Source: Pseudomonadota bacterium (lineage in GTDB: Bacteria; Pseudomonadota; Gammaproteobacteria; JAKAQQ01). Taken from it: a stretch of 64,000 nucleotides of DNA. The stretch covers positions 5,490-69,489 of the forward strand of contig DAHXNI010000080.1 of the NCBI GenBank assembly GCA_027365475.1. The letters run 5' to 3'. A program made the translations under genes and the position numbers. Positions 22,092-35,083 of this stretch are shown here, piece by piece (the stretch's first letter is position 1; every line of letters begins with the position of its first letter). The notes beneath the pieces were generated by a model that was given only the letters and a program-made list of their open reading frames with translations, had not been told where the DNA came from and did no database searches.

Positions 22092-22375
22092 AAAAAACCT
22101 GGAAAAGGCGAAAATAGATCAATCGGTTACGTACAATATAACTTGTTATTCAATCACTTGGGATCACATCGTTGATCCGGCGATAACCCTGTTTTGGACT
22201 CCGAGTGAACCAAATTTGTCCCACGAAAATGATTCTACTACTCTCGGATCTCTATGGAAAGCGACGCGCCAGTTTCGGTTCTGTGAACCCTGCAACGTAA
22301 TAGGCTACCGGACTCGCGCTCGTGCTGTAACTGTACTGTCCACCACGATCCAAATGGCTCAGAAGGGATAACTTG
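22049..22375. repeat. ~320-bp direct repeat, copy 1 (att plus conserved island-end sequence); copy 2 at 28217-28545
   Basis: The two copies were aligned by eye; they are largely identical, with scattered substitutions and one or two small indels. Confidence 0.8.
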
Positions 22376-22645
22376 AGAAGATGGCAGGCCTCTACCATGC
22401 CTCCCGCTGCGCACTGTGCACAAGTTCTTGAGTCGCACACGCTACCATGGCACCGCCTGCGAACCATCGCTTGAATCCGGTTGGGGTTCACATACGGATA
22501 GATTGCACTTGGTTTTTGAGCGCGCCCTTCGAGTTTCAATCGTTACACTTTACACTCAAATTGTCTCCCAGAAGGATACGAACTTGCCACTGGGTATCGT
22601 TTTTGTTATATTAGATGTGCAATACGTTTCTTTTAGGGGCGCAAG

Positions 22646-23482
22646 TTGAGAGAAAAATATCATTTGCAAACGAAGACACTCGGTCCAAGGGCAGCGCAGC
22701 TCTTCACTGAACTGAATGAACTGCGCCGGAGTGTGTTCACCTTGGCGGATGTGGAATCGATCACCGGCCTGTCGTCGGCATCGGCCCGCAATCTCGTGCA
22801 CAAGGCCCAGCAGCGAGGCTTGGTGACGCGACTGAAGCCTGGCCTGTACAACCTCGTGCCATTCGAACTCGGCCGGGCCACTGAGCACATCGACAGCCCG
22901 TACTTGATCGCGCGCGAACTCGCCGGTGCAGCACCCTACTTCCTATCGCACGGCACCGCGCTTGAGTTGCATCGCATGGTGACGCAGCCGACCTTCACCT
23001 TGTATGTGTCATGCACGCGACGCGTGCGTCCGCAGACGGTGGGCGGCTATGACTTTCGGTTTATCCACATTAAGGCGGAGCAAGCGTTCGGGGTCATGAA
23101 GCACTGGATCGACAAGGAGCGTTTCGTGATGATCAGCGACATGGAGCGCACGATCATCGACGGTCTGCGCCACCCGGCATTTGCCGGTGGCATTACCGAA
23201 GTCGCCAAGGGCTTGTGGATGAAGCGGGACGTACTGAAAGTCGAACGGCTGCTGGACTATGCGTGCCGCTTCGGCGTCGGCGCCGTCGTGCGCCGTCTCG
23301 GCTACCTGCTGGAACACTATGGCCTGGCCGATGCTTCGGTGCTGGAGCTGCTGCGCAGCATGCTGACGGCAACTTACCAGCGCCTTGATCCACTGCTCCC
23401 CGCCGAGGGCGCATTCCTCTCACGTTGGCGGCTCCAGCTCAACGTGACTCCCGAAGAACTGGATGCCGTGAGGCTTGGCTGA
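22646..23482 (+). CDS. AbiEi-type antitoxin / transcriptional regulator (type IV TA)
   Basis: 278 aa; N-terminal wHTH region, C-terminal domain typical of AbiEi; stop overlaps the start of the downstream nucleotidyltransferase (TGATGA). Confidence 0.65.
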   Translation: MREKYHLQTKTLGPRAAQLFTELNELRRSVFTLADVESITGLSSASARNLVHKAQQRGLVTRLKPGLYNLVPFELGRATEHIDSPYLIARELAGAAPYFLSHGTALELHRMVTQPTFTLYVSCTRRVRPQTVGGYDFRFIHIKAEQAFGVMKHWIDKERFVMISDMERTIIDGLRHPAFAGGITEVAKGLWMKRDVLKVERLLDYACRFGVGAVVRRLGYLLEHYGLADASVLELLRSMLTATYQRLDPLLPAEGAFLSRWRLQLNVTPEELDAVRLG

Positions 23483-24324
23483 TGATTCCTCAACGCAACA
23501 TTTCCCTGATCGCGAACACGCTGGTGACCTCTGGAGGGAGGCGCATCCCCGAGGCCGTCATCGAACGCGATTACGTGCTGGCCTGGTTCCTGACCGGTTT
23601 GTCCGGTCATCCGTTACGCGAGGTGCTGGCCTTCAAAGGTGGCACAGCCCTGCGACGCTGCTGGTTCGAGGATTATCGGTTTTCGGAAGACCTGGACTTC
23701 ACGCTGACCCGTCCGATCACCCTTGAAGATATCCTCGCTGGGTTGGGAGAAGTTTTTGCGGCGATTGAGGCCGCCTGCGGCTTGCGGATCGCTTTCGACC
23801 GCGAAGACCGCCACGGCCACCAGAACAGTCACACGTTTTATCTGCGCTACCAGGGGCCGCTGCCCACCGCGAACGACGTGAAGGTTGATATCGCGATCAA
23901 CGAAGTCCTGTGCTTCCCGCTGCAAGACCGCTCGATTCATCGCACCTACGGCAGCTTTGACGACCTGCCCGAAGGGCCGACCGTGAAGGTCTACGCCATC
24001 GAGGAGATCGTGGTTGAAAAGCTGCTGGCGTTGAGTGACCGAGCGCGTAACGAACCGCGCGACTTGTATGACCTCTGGTATCTGTTCGGTTCTACCGACT
24101 TGCGCGTTGCAGAAATACGCGCCGAACTCGATGCCAAGTTGGCACTACGGCAACGCGTCGTTGCTGGCATGGAGCAGGCAATCGCCGCCAAGGAAGATCG
24201 TCTTCGGCGGCTCTGGGCCGCTCGTCTCGCGCACCAGATGAGCCAATTGCCGCTGTTCGATGATGTCTTTCGGGAAGTGCTGCGTGCCGTTCGCGCTGCC
24301 GACTTGCCGAAGGCGGATGACTGA
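23482..24324 (+). CDS. AbiEii-type nucleotidyltransferase toxin (DUF1814)
   Basis: Start at the ATG for MIPQRNISL; FKGGTALRRCW...RFSEDLDF is the AbiEii/DUF1814 GS...DxD NTase motif; coupled to AbiEi. Confidence 0.75.
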   Translation: MIPQRNISLIANTLVTSGGRRIPEAVIERDYVLAWFLTGLSGHPLREVLAFKGGTALRRCWFEDYRFSEDLDFTLTRPITLEDILAGLGEVFAAIEAACGLRIAFDREDRHGHQNSHTFYLRYQGPLPTANDVKVDIAINEVLCFPLQDRSIHRTYGSFDDLPEGPTVKVYAIEEIVVEKLLALSDRARNEPRDLYDLWYLFGSTDLRVAEIRAELDAKLALRQRVVAGMEQAIAAKEDRLRRLWAARLAHQMSQLPLFDDVFREVLRAVRAADLPKADD

Positions 24325-24488
24325 TCGGGGTAGTGTACGGACTTATATGCAAATTCTTGGCGACCTGAAGCGGTCATGGCATGAGGGGGATTCCAACGAT
24401 CAACCCGGTGTCCTGTAGGAGGAACCATACCATGACCGCAAGAAGGCATAGCGCGAACCCAGTCGACCTGAAAGCCTTGTAAGCCGAG

Positions 24489-24632
24489 ATGACCGAACGG
24501 CTCGGGGCTGGCCCCCACGAACGGCAGGAAGGTCGCCAGGGCTACCGGGCCGGCCATTCTGAGTGTGGGCTCGTGACCCGCATCGGCAAACTGGAGCTGC
24601 GGGTCCCCCGGGACCGCAACGGGCAGTTCCAG
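24489..24632 (+). pseudogene. IS256-family transposase, N-terminal fragment, cut by the IS21 insertion
   Basis: MTERLGAGPHERQEGRQGYRAGHSECGLVTRIGKLELRVPRDRNGQFQ matches the IS256/mutator transposase N-terminus. Confidence 0.7.
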
Positions 24633-24702
24633 TGTCACGTCTCACCTTTTCGGGGCCACCCTCGTCTCACCTAATCGGGGCCACGCTGCCAGATGATTAT
24701 AT

Positions 24703-25464
24703 TTACGGATTACGCAGCGTGTTGTCAATCTCGCGTGTGGTAATGCGGCCCCTCAGTCGGTAGCTCTGGCCCTGGAAGATGACCGTGTGTGCCTGCTCGA
24801 AGAGGCGGTCGATGGTGGCGTTAGCGAGCACGCTGTTCGGGAAGACCTCGCCCCATTCCTCCACTGCGCGATTGGACGTGAGCACGAGCCCCGAGCTGTA
24901 CTTGTGCCGGTCCATGAGATCGAACACCTCTTCGGCCGTCTCGCGGTTCATGGCGACCGCCGCCCAATCGTCGATGACCCACAGTTTGCAGGACAAGAGG
25001 CGCTTGAAGAACTGATCGAGCGTGCCCTCGCGCTTTGCCGCCGTAATGTGCTCGATCAGCTTCTTGTGCGTGGCGAAGTAGACCCGGTGTCCACGGCGGG
25101 CGGCGCCCATGCCGAGGGCGAGGGCGACATGGGTTTTCCCGATCCCACAGGGACCGAGGAGGAGCGCGATGCCGTGTTCGTCTATGAACTGCAAGGTGGC
25201 GAGTTCGCGGATCTGCAGCTCATCGATCGCGGGATTAAAACTGAAGTCAAACGTCTCGAGCGATGCCGGCTCTGGGAAGCCCGCCTGCTTGAAGCGAAGC
25301 TTCAACGCGTTTTGTTTTCTCGCATCGAGTTCGCGCGTCAGGAGATCCGATAACCAATCGAGGTTCACCGCCTTCGGGTGTTGTAACAACACCGGCTCAA
25401 GCTCGCGTGCGGCGGTCGACAGACGCAGGCTGCGCAGTTGCGTTTTGACCGTTTCGATGTTCAT
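24703..25464 (-). CDS. istB: IS21-family helper ATPase IstB
   Basis: 253 aa; Walker A GPCGIGKTH, Walker B LWVIDDW. Confidence 0.85.
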   Translation of the reverse strand: MNIETVKTQLRSLRLSTAARELEPVLLQHPKAVNLDWLSDLLTRELDARKQNALKLRFKQAGFPEPASLETFDFSFNPAIDELQIRELATLQFIDEHGIALLLGPCGIGKTHVALALGMGAARRGHRVYFATHKKLIEHITAAKREGTLDQFFKRLLSCKLWVIDDWAAVAMNRETAEEVFDLMDRHKYSSGLVLTSNRAVEEWGEVFPNSVLANATIDRLFEQAHTVIFQGQSYRLRGRITTREIDNTLRNP

Positions 25465-25466
25465 GC

Positions 25467-27044
25467 CTCATGCTCCGGGGGTTGGGTGGGACGAAGCGAG
25501 AGCAGGTCGGTGTAGACCGACAGGTCTCGCGTGAACTTGTTTTTCGGGCGCGCCACAGGGGCTGCGTTCACCGCCGTTGCGGCTTGAGCGCGCTGCAGCA
25601 GACTCGCGACCTTGCGATACGAGTAGCACTTCAGGTCGATCGCCGAGCGGCAGGCGGCATGGATGTCGGCGGGCGCGTATTGCTTATCGAGGGAGAGAAT
25701 CCCTCAGACCTTGCGGGTATCGATGAAGCCCTGGCCCTGGGTCAGGAGCATCACGACGAGTGCTTCGACTGCCGGCCCCAATTGCCGTGCCCGCAGGCGG
25801 TAGAGCGACCGATCCGAGAGGGAGCGCTCCCAAGGCTTCAAATGCTCAGGTTTGGTTTGTTTCGAGCGGTAGGGATCGGTCAGCCGTGCATGGGTTTCGA
25901 TCAGGATTCCCCGGTGATAAATGGCCAGGCGCGTCCTCCCGCCGAGCATCAGCACCTCCTCGCCGATGTAGCGCTCCACCACCGAGTAGTAGCGGTTGGC
26001 AAACCGCACATGGCCGTCGCGGCGCACGGTGGCAGTCGCCGTCTCTTCGATCTCGTAGGCCACCGCGGGTAGCGCGCGCAGGTGCTCGCGGTCCCGAGGA
26101 AGATCATCGATCGGTCGGCGTTGCGTCGTACCGTGGCGGCGCGCATTGGCGAGCACCAGTTTGCGATCAAGATAGTCCTGCGACTCCTCGAGACTCACGA
26201 ACTCGCCATGGGCCTCGTAGAGACGGCGCACATACGGCATCAGGCGCTCGACCTTGCCCTTCTTCGCGGGCTCGCGCGGGGGCAGGCATTCGATGGTAAA
26301 CCCGTAATGCGCGGCCAAGCGCTCAAAGGCGGGGTTGAGCAGCGGCTCGAAGCGCGAGGCCTCAAGACAAAAGCACTTCGGGTTGTCGGAGGTCAGCCGC
26401 ACGGGCACGCCAGCGATCTCGCCGAGCATGCTTTCGATGGCCGCGAGCGTGGTGGCGACGTCGTTCCTCCAGACGAGCCGCACCATCAGATAGCGGGAGA
26501 AGCCGAGCACGCCGACGAAGGCCCAGAGCGCGCGCCGGGTGCGGTGCGCGGGATCCGCGACCCGCGCGAGCAATCCCCAGTCGAGAATCAGGGCCTCCCC
26601 GGGCTCGTGCACGATCTCGGGGATCACGCGCTCGCCTTGGGTGCCGCGGGCGAGTTCGGCCAGCGCATGGCGATGCAAGAAGCGGTAGAAGCTGGGGCGC
26701 GTGACGGCAACACCGAGCGTGGCGCCGAGCTCTTCGAAGACAGTGATGGCATGCCAGCCCGCGCGCAACCGCTCCTCGATCCACGCGCCATGGGCACTGA
26801 GGACGGCATCGATGCCCGAACGCGGCTCGGTGCGGCGATCGGCCCGATCGGGGAAGAGTGCCTCGGGGTAGACCGGCAGCGCGCGGCCCGCCAGGTAGCC
26901 GTGCTCGGCGGCGAGCGCCTTGATCTTCTCGAAGCGCCCGTTGCCAATCTTGAGATGTTCTTTAATCCAGCGGCGGCTTTTGCCCGCCACCAATAGCTCT
27001 ACGATCTTTCGGTCCACCAGTCGCCTCCGGGTTAACTGCCTCAT
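25467..27044 (-). pseudogene. istA: IS21-family transposase IstA, interrupted by an in-frame TGA at 25704-25706
   Basis: 446-aa ORF with HTH and DDE domains. A C-terminal ~79 codons (GILSLDKQYAPADIHAACRSAIDLKCYSYRKVASLL...) continue in the same frame after the TGA, down to the istB start. Either a nonsense mutation or a sequencing error. Confidence 0.75.
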
Positions 27045-27124
27045 GCCGCGCTCCCCTTGCTGTAGTAGAAGCGCGCAGCTTAACCATGACCGGACGGGTG
27101 GCCCCGATTAGGTGAGACGGAACA

Positions 27125-28008
27125 GTTCCAGACAGCGCTCCGAAAAGGCGTTCGTGGCGGCCCTGGCCGAGATGTATGGGCAGGGGTCTCCACCCGCAAG
27201 GTCAAGGCGATCACCGAGGAGCTCTGTGGCCACCAGTTTTCCGCGTCCAGCATCAGTGCGATCAACCACAGTCTCGATGCCACACTCACGGAGTTTGCCG
27301 AACGACGCCTCGACGAACCCTACCCCTACCTCATCCTCGATGCCCGTTACGAGAAGGTGCGCGAAGGCGGCGTGATCCGTTCCCAGGCGATCCTGATCGC
27401 GATCGGCATCCACCCGGGCGGCCGTCTGGAAGTCCTGGCGGTGGACGTGGCCCCTCGCGAGAGCGCCTCGAGCTGGAAAGACTTCCTGGTGCGCCTCAGG
27501 GAGCGGGGCCTGCACGGCGTCGAGTTCGTGGTCTCCGACGACCATGCGGGACTCAAGCAGGCCCTCACCGAGGTCCTGACCGGCGCCGCCTGACAGCGGT
27601 GTTACGTCCATTTTTTAAGAAATGCACTCGACTACCTCCCCCGAAGAGCCGATGACGACTGCCTGCAGGAGCTGCGGTGGCTCTATGACCAGCGGGACCT
27701 CACAGAAGCCCAGCGGGATCTCGCCGCGTGGCTGTCCAAGTGGTCTACGAAATACCCAAAACTTGCCAACTGGGTCGAGGACAGCATCGGTGAGACGCTC
27801 ACCTTCTACCGGCTGCCCCGAGCCCACCACAAGCACATGAAGTCGACAAATATGTTGGAGCGCTTAAATGAGGAGATCAAACGCCGCACCCGAGTGGTGC
27901 GGATCTTCCCGAACACCGAGTCCTGTCTACGCCTGGTACGGGCCCTGTGCGTCGAGATCCATGAAGCTTGGCTTGAGGACAACCGCACCTCAACATGGAT
28001 GTGCTGAA
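27125..28008 (+). pseudogene. IS256-family transposase, C-terminal ~290 codons: ~18-bp internal deletion, a frameshift in a G-run (~27165), and a TGG->TGA nonsense at 27590-27592
   Basis: The sequence is spread over different frames. The in-frame TGA sits where the family-conserved Trp of WQRCxVHFxRN is expected. Confidence 0.7.
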
Positions 28009-28098
28009 AGAGCAGCGTCGCGAACGACTTCGGCAGGCCGCCTAATGAAACCGTCCTTCATACCAAAAATGAATTTGCACAACTTGACGTACAGAACC

Positions 28099-28127
28099 GC
28101 TTCCGACTTGCTGCCGAAGGTCGCCAT
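28099..28127 (-). pseudogene. 29-bp remnant of the 5' end of a tyrosine integrase gene (element A integrase, deleted)
   Basis: gcttccgacttgctgccgaaggtcgccATG matches the intact integrase at 48699-48725 plus its start at 48790-48799. The same downstream P-arm-like sequence and att follow. It directly abuts the IS256 right IR. Confidence 0.55.
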
Positions 28128-28216
28128 GGCTGCTCCTCCATTGGCCTCAGTTCGAGCTCAGTGGACCAATAAAGGTCAAGTCATGAGTCGTGGCATGTTA
28201 TAAGTTATTGATTTTG

Positions 28217-28262
28217 TGGTAGCGGGGGCAGGATTTGAACCTGCGACCTTCGGGTTATGAGA
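28217..28262 (-). repeat. exact copy of the 3' 46 nt of tRNA-fMet (att site between island elements A and B)
   Basis: The revcomp gtctcataacccgaaggtcgcaggttcaaatcctgcccccgctacca is identical to the 3' half of the intact tRNA at 48898-48943. Confidence 0.85.
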
Positions 28263-28545
28263 CCTGAAAAAGGCAAAAATAGATCAATCGGTTACGTACG
28301 ATATAACTTGTTATTCAATCACTTGGGATCACATCGTTGACCCGGCGATAACCCTGTTTTAGACTCCGAGTGGACCAAATTTGTCCCAAGAAAATGATTT
28401 TAACACTCTCGGATCTCGTATGGAAATGGACGCGCCAGTTTCGGTTGTGTGAACCCTGCAGCGTAATAGGCGACCGGACTCGCGCTCGTGCTGTAGCTGT
28501 ATGTACACCACGATCCAAGTGGCTCAGAAAGTTTCACTTGAGTCA
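28217..28545. repeat. ~320-bp direct repeat, copy 2 (see 22049-22375)
   Basis: Alignment by eye. Confidence 0.8.
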
Positions 28546-28754
28546 CAAAGTCGGGCCGCGCCCGCATCGGCCGGTTCCTAAACCCACCGGAGCAAACCGC
28601 TGATGGGCGGAGTGGGGCTGGTTATGGTTTCATCTCCCAGACATCTGTAGATCAGCATTATGATGCAAGCACTCAGGCCGGTATACTGCAACAGATTGTC
28701 CGAGCGTTTCCAGCTGATCGGTAACACACACTGGATTTAGGGGGGTTCGCCACT

Positions 28755-30324
<1,570 letters not shown>

Positions 30325-30332
<8 letters not shown>

Positions 30333-30651
30333 GGCTTTCGACATCGAAATTCTGCGCGGAGCCGCGGCACAGGGGCGCCTTCACTGGCACCAGCATGCGT
30401 TGGAGCGCTTTCTGGAGCGCGGGATTTCCCGCGCCGAGATCGTAAGCGCTATCATGAACGGTGAGGTGATCGAGGTCTACCCAACGGATCGCCCGTATCC
30501 GAGTTGTCTCATTCTGTACGTGGAGGCGGAGCCGGTGCACGTGGTGGCCGCCGCCGAGCCTGCCACGCGGATGTGCCATGTCATCACCGCGTACCGGCCG
30601 GACCTTGAGTATTTCGAACCGGATTTCAAGACCAGGAGGAAAAAGTCATGA
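30325..30651 (+). CDS. DUF4258-family protein (putative toxin of a DUF4258/YgiT pair)
   Basis: 108 aa; [30 protein letters not shown]...HVVAA...VITAYRPD fits the DUF4258 pattern. 8-bp overlap with hsdM, 4-bp overlap with the next gene. Confidence 0.6.
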
Positions 30652-30893
30652 GCGAGGACTTCGGGCATTGCCCCCTTTGCGGCGGCGAAAAGCAACCGGG
30701 CACCACGACCTTTGCCGTCGATTTGAAATTCGGCGTCGTGGTGGTCAGGGAAGTTCCCGCGTTCGTCTGCACGAAATGTGGCGATGCGTGGATCGACGAT
30801 CCGGTGGCGGCGAAGCTGGAAGGCATCGTTACGGACGCGCGTCGCAAGCACGCCGTGGTGGAGGTTACGCACTGGCAGCAGGTAGCGGCGTGA
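30648..30893 (+). CDS. YgiT-type zinc-finger protein (MqsA-like antitoxin partner of DUF4258)
   Basis: 81 aa; CPLCGGEK...REVPAFVCTKCGDAW two CxxC pairs, typical YgiT/MqsA N-terminal zinc finger. Confidence 0.65.
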   Translation: MSEDFGHCPLCGGEKQPGTTTFAVDLKFGVVVVREVPAFVCTKCGDAWIDDPVAAKLEGIVTDARRKHAVVEVTHWQQVAA

Positions 30894-31250
30894 GCCGCGA
30901 GGATGCGACCGGCGAGCCGCCGCAAGGCGGCCGACAATGGGCGTGATGATCTGGCGACTCGCTTGCCGGGGCGGTGCGGGATCCCTGTCCGGACGGCGCG
31001 CTGAGCTGCCGGCACACACACGGTCGAGTGACGAGTTCGAGCGCTTGAGGTTTCATGCCGGCGCCTCAAGTTCAAGGCCACAAATTCTGACCTTGAACCG
31101 AATCCCTTGAGCCGAAGTAAAAGCGGCCCGATTTTGGACCATGAGATGAGAAATGAAAACGCGGTGGCTTGCAGTACCGCTTGAACAGCGGTTTGCCGAG
31201 TCTGAAAGGCTGCAAAAGACGATACGAGAAAATCGGCGGAGGTTCTTGTC

Positions 31251-32129
31251 ATGAGTGGTAGCTGGAGTCTGAGTCAGACGACCTTTGCGGAGCTTGACTG
31301 GAAGATGCTTCAAGGTCGACCAGGGCTGGGTTTCTATCGGCTCATAGCGCAGGTTGATCTTACCACCCACGGCAAACAGGTGGGAGAAGAAGTCGCGGTA
31401 ACAAATATTGGTGGTGAACTGTGGATACGCGGAAAGGGCAACCAGGAACACTTCTTGGGTTACCTAAGGCGGCAAGGCACAGAATTCCCCCTTACAACCT
31501 ATCGGCATATATCCAAAGGGAATATCTCACTTGAGATTGAATTGGATGCAAGACGCATTGAAGCATTAGAGCAAATCAGGCTCGGAGGGGACTTATCTTT
31601 CAGGATGAACTTATATGGAGTGGCCTCTGGCGGCCGCGAAAAAAGTTCACAGGAAGTGCAGGCCACACTTCAATACCGGGCCAATCAGAGCACCTGGGCC
31701 GAGATACTTGAGCAGATGGGCTATCGGCAAACGATGCTCTTGGAGATTCCAGTGCCCGGAGACGAGGTCAGCCCACAGTTACAGGAGGCGGTGAAGCATC
31801 TCCAAACTGCGCAGACACATATGCTGCGTGGGCATTTCCGGGACGCGGTCGGTGCATGCCGAGATGTTGTGGAATCGCTGTCTATCACCTTGAGTGACGA
31901 GAAAGACCAATTGCCGGAGGCGATCCAATCTTGGTTCAAAGACACGCGGTCAATGGATAAAAAAGAAAGACTCCGGATCGTTCGGCGGGCGCTCAAGGTA
32001 TTGACCCATCCGGCCCGGCATGCGGACGAGGTCTCGGCTTCGATAGAGTGGGGACCGACGGATGCGAGGACGGTTATTCTTATGGCAGCAGCTTTACTCC
32101 AAATAGCCGCTGAAGAGAAACAATCATAG
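31251..32129 (+). CDS. hypothetical protein (292 aa), no recognisable domain; embedded between the TA pair and hsdS
   Basis: Clean ATG start. Appears AT-richer than its neighbours by eye. The long ORF is not overlapped by a convincing alternative. Confidence 0.5.
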   Translation: MSGSWSLSQTTFAELDWKMLQGRPGLGFYRLIAQVDLTTHGKQVGEEVAVTNIGGELWIRGKGNQEHFLGYLRRQGTEFPLTTYRHISKGNISLEIELDARRIEALEQIRLGGDLSFRMNLYGVASGGREKSSQEVQATLQYRANQSTWAEILEQMGYRQTMLLEIPVPGDEVSPQLQEAVKHLQTAQTHMLRGHFRDAVGACRDVVESLSITLSDEKDQLPEAIQSWFKDTRSMDKKERLRIVRRALKVLTHPARHADEVSASIEWGPTDARTVILMAAALLQIAAEEKQS

Positions 32130-32224
32130 TGTTGATGAACAATGACGGGCAGGAAATTCGCGCACATGCCCAACTTGGCGTGGAGGCACCTGGATATGGA
32201 GAAAATGAGGTCATTGCTCGGAAT

Positions 32225-33520
<1,296 letters not shown>

Positions 33521-33524
<4 letters not shown>

Positions 33525-35083
33525 ACGCCAAGGTGCTGTCGCCAGTACTTACCAGCCGACGATCGATTCTTGATCTGACGTACAACGAAGCGCGCACCTT
33601 CTTGCTCAAGCCGGAAAGTTATTGCAGTCTGGACTTGCCGCCGTACATCGCCTTTGGCGATTTAATTAATGGTGTACATCAGATCCTCGACGGAAAAAGA
33701 CTGACAGATTTTAAGAAAAAGAAACAGGCCAATCCGAGAGACCACGATGACGTCAATTACACCATCCTGCACAACAAGGATGGAAAGTATGCGTGGCGTC
33801 CATTCCAACTGATTCATCCGGCCCTGTATGTTTCGCTCGTGCACGCGATTACCGAAGAGGACAGCTGGAAGCTGATTCGTGATCGTTTTCAGAAATTCGC
33901 GACCAATAACAAGATACGTTGCCTGAGTTTGCCAGTGATGTCGTTCTCGGATGAGAAAGACCGGGCAGAACAGGTCTCGCACTGGTGGAACGCGGTTGAG
34001 CAGCGCTCCATCGAGCTGTCACTTGACTACGGCTACCTTATCGAAACTGATATCACTGACTGTTACGGTGCCATCTACACGCATTCGATTGCCTGGGCGT
34101 TGCACACGAAAGACGAGGCGAAGAAAAAAACAAACCGTAATAACCCGAACCTCATCGGCAATGTCATTGACAGCCATATTCAGGACATGCGCCACGGCCA
34201 GACCAACGGCATTCCACAGGGCTCTGTATTGATGGATTTTATCGCCGAGATGGTGCTCGGCTTTGCCGACCAGGCGTTGTCAGAACGTCTCCAGACGAAG
34301 AAAGACATTACGGATTACCGGATATTGCGTTACCGGGACGATTATCGCATCTTCATCAACAGTCCGCAGGTTGGCGATGAGATCGTCAAGTTGATCACCG
34401 AAACAACTGCGGATCTTGGCCTGAAGCTCAGTCTGCCCAAAACCAAAATGAGCAACAACATTGTGCGAGCCTCGATCAAGAGCGACAAGCTGGCATGGAT
34501 GGCCCGAAAACAATCCGACGAGAACCTGCAGAAGCACCTGCTTATCATTTACGGCCACGCGACCAGCTTCCCCAACACGGGTAGCCTTGTAATCGCACTG
34601 AATGGTTACCACAAGCGCGTCTCAAAACTTACATCACTCTTAAGTCCCCAGCCATTGATCGCCATCGTGGTTGATATCGCCTACCGCAATCCGAGAACCT
34701 ACCCTATCTGTGCAGCGATCCTCAGCAAGCTGCTGAGCTTTATTGCAAACAATGACGAGCGTCTGGACATTGTCAAGCGCATCCGGAAAACTTTCTCTCA
34801 GATACCCAACACCGGACATATGCAAATCTGGTTGCAGCGAGTGACATTCCCGCTCGACAGAAATATCGACTATGACGAGACCGTGTGCAAGCTGGTGGTA
34901 GCAGGCAATACAGGCAATATTAGGCCTCTGTGGAATAATGACTGGATTTCATGTCCCGAGCTTAAAGCCGCCGTAAACGCGACCAAGATCGTCGACACTA
35001 CAACTCGCGACAAAATAGCTCAGGTCATCTCGCCGAAGGAGGTAGAGTTATTCCTGTCCAAGACTGGCGAGGGTTATTACTGA
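33521..35083 (+). CDS. Reverse transcriptase (RNA-directed DNA polymerase), stand-alone 520 aa, defence-associated (Abi/UG/DRT-like)
   Basis: RT motifs: ETDITDCYGAIYTHSIAWAL (motif A, catalytic Asp), GIPQGSVLMDFIAEMVL (motif B'), ILRYRDDYRIFI (motif C, YxDD), LGLKLSLPKTKM (motif D). ~110-aa N-terminal and ~170-aa C-terminal extensions of unknown function. The ATG overlaps the hsdS stop (ATGA). AT-richer than flanking hsd genes by eye. Confidence 0.85.

Larger units (their letters stand above)
24633..27124 (-). mobile_element. IS21-family insertion sequence (istA-istB), 2492 bp, 7-bp target-site duplication GTTCCAG
   Basis: Ends TGTCAC...GGAACA with multiple terminal repeats GTCTCACC(T)..CGGGGCCAC at both ends. 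Flanking GTTCCAG at 24626-24632 and 27125-27131. Inserted inside the IS256 transposase gene. Confidence 0.8.
24329..28098 (+). mobile_element. IS256-family insertion sequence, disrupted by a nested IS21-family element; ~1.28 kb without the nested element
   Basis: Imperfect terminal IRs GGTAGTGTACGGAC..TGCAAATTC (left) and GGTTCTGTACGTCAAG..TGCAAATTC (revcomp of right). Transposase N-terminus at 24489-24632, C-terminal two-thirds at 27125-28008. Confidence 0.7.

Noticed and set aside
25760-26996. Plus-strand ORFs of 179-304 aa
   Set aside because: Antisense to istA; Arg/Ala-rich artefacts.
25704-27592. Idea that recurrent in-frame TGA codons (istA 25704-25706; IS256 transposase 27590-27592 at a conserved Trp) indicate UGA-to-Trp recoding
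   Set aside because: All well-supported core genes in the window (pnp, infB, nusA, nuo genes) terminate normally and frequently use TGA as stop. The affected genes also carry frameshifts and deletions, so ordinary pseudogenisation is the simplest explanation.
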